From Amphiscolops sp. MND2022 (taxonomy: Eukaryota), in NCBI GenBank assembly GCA_964187785.1, contig OZ076409.1:71612001-71676000 (forward strand): 64,000 nucleotides of DNA. The letters run 5' to 3'. Below the pieces are notes generated by a model. It did no database searches, was not told where the DNA came from, and worked only from the letters and a program-made list of their open reading frames with translations. Within the stretch, counting starts at the first letter, position 1, and the number at the start of each line of letters is the position of its first letter. Below, one piece after another: positions 1-10,430 of this stretch. Both the position numbers and the translations under genes were made by a program.

Positions 1-359
1 CTTTGAAACAACACAATTCAGGTCAAGGCAATGAACTAACGAACTGCTATAAATACAGACCCTGGGGTATTGCTTTGTATGTGTTCGGGTTTAGTTCCAC
101 AAGTGAAAGTCAAAACTTTTTAAAAAGGAAGACACTGCAGATGCGAGTTACATCGGAGTTGGAAAGAAAAAAGACCCAACGCATTGTACTGAATTTGGAC
201 TGTTTACGAGCAGCTGTTTCCGGTAAATGTCTATCACAGAAACTGATTTTCAATTAGGAGCTGAACTTATGCCTGATATATTAACTGATTTTTCATGTTT
301 TTTCAGACTCCATTGCCCGAGTTGATAGCAGTCTAACTATGGTTTTGTGTATGAAATAG
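1..359 (+). CDS. Partial spliced gene; C-terminal part of an SLX1-type GIY-YIG nuclease-like domain (exon <1-222, intron 223-306, exon 307-359)
   Basis: The frame starting at 3 reads LKQHNSGQGNELTNCYKYRPWGIALYVFGF, matching the SLX1-type GIY-YIG pattern R-L-x-QHN-x-G...T...RPW...V-x-GF. Donor G|GTAAAT at 223 and acceptor TTTCAG at 306 join in frame to ...AVSDSIARVDSSLTMVLCMK* (TAG 357-359). The GIY/YIG motifs lie upstream of the window, and the expected catalytic Glu is not obvious. Confidence 0.6.
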
Positions 360-1337
360 ATGCCATACAAGCTGAAGTAAGTTTGTCCACCCACTTAATC
401 GTCGCAACACTGAGTTGTAGTTCATGTTTTTATTGTTTGCAGGAACGTGCCATTCATCCACTTCAATTATGATTCCACGCGATTCCCACGACTCTTCAGA
501 AATAAAACTGTAAAGAAAACTTATTGAACACGGTTGCCGTGTTCGTACGGGCTATCTTAACAATGTTGGTGGTACGTTTGACGTAATCAACCATTTTGTC
601 CGTTTTCTCTTTTTGATTGACAGTTCAAATATTCTATGTCCCGCTTTTCTTCGTTTCCCGTTTGTCCATTTCTCAGCTTTTTATGATTTTCCAAAAAAAA
701 ACAATTCTTGTAAAATAGACTGAACTTGCGCGGTCCTCTTGAGTAAGGTCCGAATTGCTTCGAAAATGATGTTTAGCTTATTTTGTTGTCATTACGTTTG
801 ACGTAATGAATATACCTTGTTGCAGATAGAATGCGCGAGTGGCGTGGGCAGGCTTCCAAATGCCATGCGTTTGGAAGTCTGCCCATGCATCTTGTTTTCC
901 CCTTCCTTAATCTTTTTGCGTCGAAAGATAATCTTCCTCCATCCTAAATCCGCAGTTTTTCAGATTTTTGAATCAAGATCACTTCTGTGAGCAGTCAGAA
1001 TGGAAAAAGCTCAAAACTTCGAGGTTAGAAGTATTTCCTACTTTTTGTTTTTGGATATGTTCATCACCAGTTACGACTGTTTGTCACCAGTTACCGCATT
1101 CAGGTTATGGAGTGACTGGTTTAATTTTGCACACGATTTTTGATGAACCATAGCCATTTCACTTTCGCTCGCTTGCCTGAGTTCCGTATTGAAACTTGAA
1201 ATTTACACACTTTTTCTCTCGCATCTGTTGATAAAGTGACTCTGGTTTTTCGGGAAAATTTTGATTGTTCTTTTTGAAGGATTTATTTTGATCTGAGATA
1301 GAATAATAAAAATTATCAAATTGCTGATTTGACATAG

Positions 1338-2735
1338 AATGCTCATGATGAAGTTACCCCTCCGAAACAGCCGCGGTCGACCAACAGTGATGTAGAAGAC
1401 CGAGATGTGAGTGTTTTACTACAGCTGTTTTATTTTAAATAAAAATTTGAGTGGAAATTTTACTCTAGATGATTTAGAACTTCGACTCGGAATTCAAGCG
1501 TGCATTAACTCATGCAGTGCGCGATAATGTCCGTGAATGCTTTTTGGAGATGCATGGTGGTTCAAAAAAAGATAATTTGCCAGTGGACGTTAACGTGGGA
1601 TCTTCTGAAAACAGCCATCCAGCAATTGTAAGAAAAATTAGATCACATAAGATGCTAACATATTTAACGATTTTCTATGTGGCCAAAATGTTATAGGACT
1701 TCCAAGATAGTCAAGGCTCTGCCACTTCCAGGGAGATACAGGTCGACCTGCACCAAGTAATCTCCCATGATTACCTGAGAAAATTCGCCAAGAAGAAGCC
1801 TTTCTTGAGAGGGCGAATTGTTGTGATAAAGCTCTTTGATAAAGCTCCTGTCATCTTTCAAAGACACGGGGCTCAGCGATACAAGTTCGAAGGACAATAC
1901 GACCGGCTTGTTGTAGTGGGCGACAGAAACTCTCACATGTGTTGTGTGATTATCTGTAAGTACGCTAGGGAGTCTAATAAGCTGTTCCAAGACTACACTT
2001 TGGCGTTAGGTAGTATGGTGGATATTGTGGAACCACAGTTTTTGAAGGCTTCGTTGGGCCAGGATGAAAACAATCCTATAATTACCACAACTAAACCTCT
2101 GCGCGCTGTCTCAATCGTCCCCTTACATCTACCTACATTAGAAGTTAGAGATGATCTTAACACGAGTGCGATGCTACATTTTGCAATTAAAGGTAAATCC
2201 AAATTTCGGAAGAATATTTATATGATGTTTTTGTGAATATTGATAAATTTCATATTGTTAAGGCAAAAGGCTAATCTTCGCGATGCCCCAAATTGTCGCT
2301 CCTACATGTAGTGGCATTCTTTGCGACAGATCAATTCGCTCCAGTTTGTGTGCATGCATGAACAAAGATGCCACTGAAAGTTGGGTCTTGAGCTTCATCC
2401 TTGTGCCGGAGGATGAAGATGACCCACATGCTGCTCTCTACCCCATTGACCGCCTTCAAAGTTTTAGAACAAGCACGTTTTTCCTCAGTCGAGAAGTGCT
2501 TGATAAACCCGCCAGCGTCCTGGATGAGGATGACATTCGTGCTTGCGTTGACAAGATACAGGATTACGTTAACGAAAATGGAGGGTGGTATATCGCGGGT
2601 TACCACAAATCTGGAACAAACAACTCCACATCTGCGGACAACAAAATTGTGAAAGAACTGAAAGACTTCAATATTACTTATCTAACACCACTGAAGTATC
2701 TTGATTTGAGCGCAATGCAATATAAACTTGATTGA
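1338..2735 (+). CDS. Multi-exon gene for an uncharacterised Cys-motif protein (exons 1338-1406, 1478-1627, 1697-2192, 2263-2735; start exon not located)
   Basis: Three ~70-nt GT-AG introns (1407-1477, 1628-1696, 2193-2262) splice in frame without stops: NAHDEVTPPKQ..DRD|NFDSEFKR..HPAI|DFQDSQG..HFAIKG|KRLIFAMPQ..YKLD*. This joins ORFs 1805-2236 and 2283-2735. Motifs include CSGILCDRS..CAC and YVNENGGWYIAGYH. Confidence 0.8.
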
Positions 2736-3683
2736 AGAACTTAAACAAGAGCCTTGCAAAACTATGCCTAAAACTTCTTTCTACGTTCGACGTGGAGAGA
2801 CTTGTTATGTTTAAATGACCTAAATATTACTGCACTTTTTGACAGATTACGTTCGACGTAATCTGTTTTAAGATATCACCTATTTTATTTAAACTTATCA
2901 CGTTGTCAATTCAATTCAACTGTCTGAGTCATTTTTGACAATCAGCAACGACCTCATACAGAAAGTTGGAATTTCAATAATGTTCGTTTAGTTGGAAAAA
3001 TCTCAAGTCCCATAGTTTTATCATACACCAGCAGAGCTAACAAAATTGCAGAGAGAATAAAAATGTTTTGGAAAAGTCTGCTAGATTACTTTTGTCCCAC
3101 AGTTGGGTCGCTGAACTCGCATCGAATATTATACGATACTATCAAAAGACACGCCAGCTTTGATTTTGACTTCAAAATAGAATTTTCATCTAAAACAAAC
3201 CGTTATGTATGACTCAGCGTGCAGCGCATGATTAGCGATAGCCTTTTAATTTAACATCTCTGTCAAAAGTACACGCTGTTGTCTTACATAGTACGTTTCT
3301 ATAGGATCTATTGATGTACTATTGTTTAAATGTTCCTTTATACAACATCGTTTTTGACAGCCAAAATGTTTCATGTGTTCAGAACTAAAAATCGTGTGAA
3401 ATTTCCTAAAAGGAATCTGTTCTCTCCACCTGTTTTTACATGAGGGGTTTTACCATATCCCAAAAAGATATTAGCAAGTTCTTTTGAACCAATGCCAAAG
3501 AAAGTTCCTGATGCAGTTGGCAAAAACAGCGATATCCTCACATAATTTTTAATGTCACAAGCTTTGTATTGTAACTAGTCCAATGCCACATACGGCGTCA
3601 ACGCCCACTGTCCGTAGGCATGCCGAGGCATGCCTTTCGACGACGCGCGCCGGAAACAATCAAACGGCGCCACCCGCTTCTGG

Positions 3684-6600
3684 GTGGGCGGGGGTAATTC
3701 CCCAACTAAAAAATCGGCCGGCGGGTAGGGTCCTGCCGGCCGTCCAAAATCAAAAATATACTAGTAGAAAACGGCCGGTCAAACGAGCTATTTTTTTATT
3801 TAACCGTTAGAATTTGGGTTTAGATTGCATGCGGCCATGAAATGGCCATACGAATCGAAGTTCCTGCTGACGTTTTGCGATTGAAACACTTTATAAAAAG
3901 TTATGGCCAATTTGTCAGTCACCTAGAAGGGCAAAATGAGGAAAATTTTAACAAAGTCGCTAATAACTCAAAATGTGTTATTTTTTGGACTTTGACTGTG
4001 AAACAAGCTTGGAACCTTCATTTCGTGGCTGTGGCATTGCACTGAACGCAAAAGATGTAAAGTTTTTACATTTTTTGAAAATTTGACATTTTTGAAATTT
4101 TTTTCACTACTATCAGTACCATATATGTCAAAAACACCTCAGAAAAAAAATTTTATTTGCTTTAACTTGGAAACCTTGGTATCCATGGTTTCTGTCGGAA
4201 CCTACTCGCAACCAAACAACCAACAGTTTGCATCCAATGTGAAAATAAAAAATTTTTCTGGGTCATAAGCGTTTCACAAGGATTTCTCAACTTAGTATTA
4301 ATTTACGAAATGGTCATCTTGAACACAATATTTTCATCGAGGCTTGTCGGCTATAGCCTTAATGTTCTAGAACGGTCCCACTGGCAACGTAGGAACCATT
4401 TATAGTAATAGAAAGTTTAAAAAATATATTTTCACCCTGTCTTCAGTCATTTTTCAGTCATTCGGAACTTAACTTAGAAAAATTTCGACCAAAATACCCA
4501 TTTTTTGACAGATCGAAAATTCAAATTCAACTTTTTAAGCAAAATTAGTAACTCTGACGTAACCAGTGGGACTCATGATACTCAAAAACACGATTGGGAC
4601 TGGTACCAATGGCTCCAATATCATATGAGCCGCGATAAGACGTTATTTTGAGCAATACGTCTCAATTGAGGGAAACATCTCGCAAGCCTGGGATCACAGT
4701 TAAAAGTGATTTCGTCAAAAATTTACTCTTTTTCGTCAATCACTATGTACACAGAGTGCGTAGGGTGAGTTTCAGCACTATAATGCGGTTTTTGAAGGAA
4801 TCGGTCTGCTCAAGGGGTGGTATGAGACATTTTTTTTGCATGTAGTACTATATTTCTCAAAACTTTTAGCCCAATATCTCGAAAAGCTCACTTCGCAAAT
4901 TACTTTCAGTTACTCTATTCGAAGCTTAGAATATATATGAACAGTGTGGTTGATCAGAAACTCTTGACTATTTTGTTTTTGGAAAAAAAACTGCCTTGCA
5001 TGTGTTACATTAGTGGCAGGAAAAATACCAGTAGCTCCAAAAATCACAATTTTGGACGGACAGACCTGCAATGATGCAAAGCAAAAACGTTTCAACAACT
5101 TCTGGCGCCACTTTTTTAACCCAAGAGGTTCGAAATTACTATTAACAATGCTGACATTCGCTATAAATAAGATCGAGGTCAATTTACTAACACTTAGGTT
5201 ATACATTTATATCTGAGAAACCATTCTTTGTCAGGTCGCAATTTTAAATTTAGTTTGGGAAGCAATACTTTTCACTCTGAAGCAAACCGTTGGGCCCAAA
5301 TTACTCAAAAACTACAAAAAGACTGTCACCATATGCCCTAATAGCATATGAGATTCGACCGTATGTTTTTAACACAAAAACTCTCATCCGAAGTAAACAT
5401 GTTGAAAGCCTTGAATCACCGTGAGAAATGATTTCATCAAAAAATATTCCTTTTCCGTCAATCTTTATCTACACAGAACACGTTGTGTCATTTTCAGCCG
5501 TGAAATGAGCTTCTACCGTAATATGGGTTGCTCAAGGTGTTGTATAAGACAAAAACTTCCTCTTTTCTACTATCTTCTTCAAATATTTCAACCCTTTGTC
5601 ACAAGAAGTTAATATTCAAAATCTCTTTGAAATGTTTCTTTAGGTTGGGGTGAAGTGTTAGAACAATAATTATGATCGAAGAATGATAGTATTGGTGTTT
5701 GGACCATGTCCGGATGAACAAATTGCAAAATCATGAAAAATTTCTTACCATTTTTGGTCATATTGTCAGTACTAAAAATGTTAGCTGAAAAAGAATTTTT
5801 TTGATGGCACCATTGGATTCCTCTCAAAAAGTTGGTTATATGACCTGTGTAATAACCCCGTATCTTTTCAATTTAAATATATTTAAAAAGCCAACTATTT
5901 TGACCAAAATACTAAAAATCATACCATTTCCTAAAAATTTTCAAATGCACCCCATTTGACGTATAAGAATAGCACAGAAAACTATCACATACCGATCGAC
6001 TCTACTTCCATTGTAGATTCCCAGAATTTTGTTTAGAACAATTTTTGACGGATGCAAAAAAATTTAAACCCTCCAAAAAAGGGCCAAAATTACACGAAAA
6101 AATTGACCTTAAAATTTTAAAATGTCGAAAAATCATCAAAACCACAGCTTCTTGGGGTTCTATCAACTCCACGTGGTCCACAGAGTATGTTAAAACAAGT
6201 TTTACCCGTATTTGAGCAATATGTGAAAAAGCCGACTTTTTTGGGAATGAAAAACATACCATTTCCTAAAAAATTTCAAACGCACCCCATTTGACGTATA
6301 AGAATAGCACAGAAAACTATCACATACCGATCGACTCTACTTCCATTGTAGGTTACCAGAATCTTGTTTAGAACAATTGTTGACGGATGCAAAAAAAAAT
6401 TTAAACCCTCCAAAAATGGGCCAAAATTACACGAAAAAATTGACCTTAAATTTTTAAAATGTCAAAAAATCATCAAAACCACAGCTTCTTGGGGTTCTAT
6501 CAACTCCACGTGGTCCACAGAGTATGCTAAAACAGGTTTTACATGTTTCTGAGCTATATGTGAAAAAACCGACATTTTGGGGAAGAAAAACATACCATTT

Positions 6601-8447
6601 CTTAAAAAATTTCAAATGCACGCCATTTGCCGTATGAGAATAGCACAGAAAACTATCACATACCGATCAACTCTACTTCTATTGTAGATTATCAGATTTT
6701 TGTTTAGAACAAATTTTTATGGATATAAAAAATTTTTAAACCCTCCAAAAATGAGCCAAAATAACACGAAAAAATGGACCCTAAATTTTTAAAATGTCAA
6801 AAAATTATCCAAACCACAGCTTCTTGGGGTTCTATCAGCTCCACGTGGTCCACAGAGTATGCTAAAACAGGTTTTGCCCGTTTTTGAGCAGTATATGAAA
6901 AAGCCGACATTTTTGGGGAAGAAAAACATACCATTTCCTAAATAATTTCAAATGCAGGCAATTTGCCGTATGAGAGTAGCACAGAAAACTATCACACACC
7001 GATCAACTCTACTTCTTTTGTAGATTATCAGAATTATGTTTAGAGTAAAGTTTTATGGATATGAAAAATTTTTATACCCTCCAAAAATGGGCCAAAATGA
7101 CACGAAAAAATTGACCTCAAATTTTTAAAATGTCAAAAAATTATCCAAACCACAGCGTCTTGGCGTTCTATCAACTCCAAATGACCTTCAGAGTATACCA
7201 AACCAGGTATTGCCAATCTTTTGAGCAATATTTAAAAACACCGACTATTTGGCAAGAACACCATAATATGTTCCATATAAGAAGTGAATCATTCCACATA
7301 TATACCCGGTCTAATATTTCCAAATTAGCGATAACATTTATACATGATGGTTTTTGAAAGTGAGCTTTATAAGAGGTTGAGATGTAATAATACGTAAATG
7401 GACCCTAAGTTTCATTGAAATCTCAATGGAATACGTCCAATCAACTTCAATCCTAACTATTATATAACAAAAAACACTTGAGTACATTCCATCTCCCCAT
7501 CGGGGGAGATGAGAATGTACTTTTCAAAAGCCAAAAACTTCGAATTTTAAATCTTTTGTAACATTGTATGTAACTGTTGAAACGATGAACGAATGAAAAT
7601 GCTTCTAGTACCTTCATCAATTTTTGCTTCAGCTCCTATTTCTGCAGAACAAAACCAAAAGACACACTTACAGCAGTTAAGTTCGATTGTATAACTCAGT
7701 GAGTAAAGGTATGACTGAGGAAGTTCACAAGTTGTTTCAAAAGTTTCCGGCCTTCCAAAATCATGAAACGTCCACACAACCAAGATAGCAAGTGAAAGAA
7801 TGCTGAATGCACCTTATTAGATGAGATAAATAATGTGTGGAACTTGCCATTATCTCAAGATGACGTTGATTTATGATCTTTTAAGGATAGTTCGATATGT
7901 GACCACAATAGTGGAAAACTTATTACTATTTGAAGAACACCGTGGAAAGCGTTCAGAAAGGACAGTATATTTGTTTCGAGCATGCATGCGTGTGTTCCTT
8001 TGGTGACGTTAGCTTAGTGTACATGACGGAGGTATTCGAGAGATTATGATAGAGTTTACTCACAAGTCTTTGTTTTTTTAAACTTTCTATGCCGTTGAGT
8101 ACATTCGTAAGGTACATCCATCCCCTTCTCTGGGAATGTACGTTTGCCAAATGACTGTCATCCAAAATTCGTAATCCGGACGAGTTTAACTACATAAACA
8201 TGTGATGAGCGTTTTCAATTCACAACCGAATAACATTTTTTTTCTCGAAAATGATGATGGTTTTGATTTTGATGTCTTCTACTTTTATCATCATGCAAAC
8301 GACCTTACCATGTCTCTCTTCTGTCGTCATTTGTACAACGCCACATAGCGTTCCGACGCCCACCGTCTGTGGGCATGCCGAGGCATGCCCTTCGACGACG
8401 TATGCCAAATGAGCCATACCCGCACTCTGGAGTGCGGTAGCGGCTAG
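3684..8447 (+). mobile_element. Non-autonomous Helitron-like unit, family A1 (4764 bp)
   Basis: Starts GTGGGCGGGGG with the 5' hairpins; internal ~336-bp tandem repeat; ends with the GGCATGCC hairpin, CCGCACTC-TG-GAGTGCGG hairpin and CTAG (8444-8447). Confidence 0.8.
5915..7270. repeat. ~336-bp tandem repeat (~4 copies; dimer of ~168-bp subunits) inside A1
   Basis: AGCACAGAAAACT recurs at 5971, 6306, 6642 and 6978; ATC(A/G)ACTC recurs at 5995, 6162 and 6330. Boundaries approximate. Confidence 0.9.
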
Positions 8448-10430
8448 GTGGGCGGGGGTAATTCCCCTTCAAAAAATTCGGCCGGCGGGTTGGGTCCTGC
8501 CGGACGTCAAATAGTGTGAAACATCCAGTAGGAAACGGCGACATAAATCAGCGATTTTAAAATTTAACCGTTAGAATTCGGACTTGGAGTGCATGCGGCC
8601 CCAAAATGCCCATACGAATCGAAGTTCCTGCTGACGTTAAGCGATAAAAACACTTTATAAAAAGTTATGGCCCATTTTACGTTCACTTAGAGAGGTAAAA
8701 TGAGGAAAATTTTAACAAAGTTGCTGATAACTCAAAATACATTAATTTTTGGACTTTGACTGTGAAACAAGCTTGGAACCTTCATTTCGTGGCTGTGGCA
8801 TTGCACTGAACACAAAAGATGTAAAGTTTTCACATTTTTTGAAAATTCAACATTTTTGATTTTTTTTTCACTACTATCAGTACACTATATGTCAAAAACA
8901 CCTCTGAAAAAATTTTTATTTGCTCAAATTTAGAAACCTCGGTATCCATGGTTTCCGTCAGTACCTACTCGCTGCAAAACGCTCAACAGTTTGCATCCAA
9001 TGTGAAAATAAAATTTTTTTGGAGGTCTTAGGTGTTTCACAAGGATTTCTCAACTTAGTATCAATTTACAAATTGGTCATTTTGAACACATTATTTCCAT
9101 CGAAGCTTGTCGGCTATAGCCTTAATGTTCTAGAACGGTCTCACTGGCAACGTAGGAACCGTTTATAGTAATAGAAAGTTTTTAAAAAAATTTTTCACCC
9201 GGTCTTCAGTCATTTTTCAGTCATTCGGAACTTAACTTAGAAAAATTTCGACCAAAATACCCATTTTTTGTCAGGTCGAAAAATCAAATTCAGCTTTTTA
9301 AGCAAATTTATTAACTCTGACGTAACCCATGGGGCCCATGATACTCAAAACAACGATTGACACTGGTATCAGTGGCTCCAATAACATTTGAGTCGCGATA
9401 AGACGTTACTTTGAGCAATACGTCTCAATTGAGGTAAAGATCTCGCAAGCCAGCGATCACTGTGAAATGTGATTTCATCAAAAATTTACTCATTTTTGTC
9501 AATCACTATGTGCACAGAATGCGTGGGGTGCGTTTCAGCACTATAATGAGGTTTTTGAAGGTATCGAGTTGCTCAAGGGGTGGTATGAGACATTTTTGTC
9601 CCATATACTACTGTATTTTCCAAAATTTTTAGCCCAATATCTGGAAATACAAACTTGACAAAATACTTTCAACTACTTTATTCAAAGGTTACATTATAGA
9701 TGAACACTGTGGTTGATCAGAAACTTTCATCTCTTTCGTTTTCCGAAATATTTCTTTTCGCATGTGTTACATTCGTAGCAGAAAAAAAATCGAAACTGAA
9801 AAATACGCAATTTTGCTAATATAGAATCGCAATGATTGTGCCTAAAAACTCTTTAAACACTTCTAACGCGACCTTACGCACCCAAAATGATCAAAAATGC
9901 TATTCACAATGGTGACATGTGCTCTTTCAACGATCCTGACTGAACAATTTTCGCAAATTATTCAAGTACCTGTTAACTGAATCTCGTGATAGCCTTTTAA
10001 GTTGGCCTTGTGTCAACTTGGGAAGGCTATCACATCAAAAAAGTTTCAACAAAAATACTTTTTGTTTATTGGAAATGACAGTCGATATATAATTTCGTGA
10101 TTCTATACTACCGTTAGTACCTTCCATTAAGTCACCTGACGATTGCATTCAGTCTTTGATAAATACCTATGAACTCGAAGTCATATTTATAAATTTTGTG
10201 CTAAAAATAAACATAAAAATTATCCAAATTATTTAAAATTGAGTCTTTACCGTTTTTGTTTTTCTTTTTCTACTGTTATTAGGCCCATCAACTTCCTACA
10301 GCCACGCTCTCTGTCATACCGTACAACGCCACATAGTGTTGCGACGTGCACAGTCTGTGGGCATGCCGAGGCATGCCCTTCGACGACGTATGCCGAATAC
10401 CGCGGGCCTACGCCCGCGCTCCCCGGCTAG
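8448..10430 (+). mobile_element. Non-autonomous unit, family B (1983 bp)
   Basis: GTG start; 5' ~1.2 kb homologous to family A; ends with the GGCATGCC hairpin, CGCGGGC-CTAC-GCCCGCG hairpin and CTAG. Confidence 0.8.

Larger units (their letters stand above)
1..3683 (+). mobile_element. 3' part of a putative autonomous Helitron-like element (U0; 5' end outside the window)
   Basis: Carries spliced genes. Ends in the terminal block shared by the array: CAATGCCACATA..CAACGCCCAC, hairpin AGGCATGCC-GA-GGCATGCCT (3616-3635), hairpin GCGCCG..CGGCGC (3647-3670), then CTGG at 3680-3683 directly abutting GTG of the next unit. Confidence 0.65.

Noticed and set aside
360..472. Further coding exon after GTAAGT (377) and TTGCAG (442)
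   Set aside because: The splice-like signals are good, but they follow the in-frame stop at 357-359. This may be a UTR intron or alternative end; it is not supportable as CDS.
1691..2606. Minus-strand ORFs at 1691-1990, 1993-2202 and 2331-2606
   Set aside because: Antisense shadows of the spliced plus-strand gene.
3684..8447. LTR, TIR/MITE or non-LTR retroelement
   Set aside because: No terminal direct or long inverted repeats, no TSD, no poly(A) tail and no 5' truncations. The 7-nt GTGGGCG/CGCCCAC complementarity is not maintained in B or C units.
8360..8510. Self-cleaving ribozyme (HDV-like or hammerhead) at the junction
   Set aside because: The GC-rich stems look superficially HDV-like, but I could not build the nested double pseudoknot or find a hammerhead CUGANGA/GAAA core. 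An Infernal/Rfam search would settle it.
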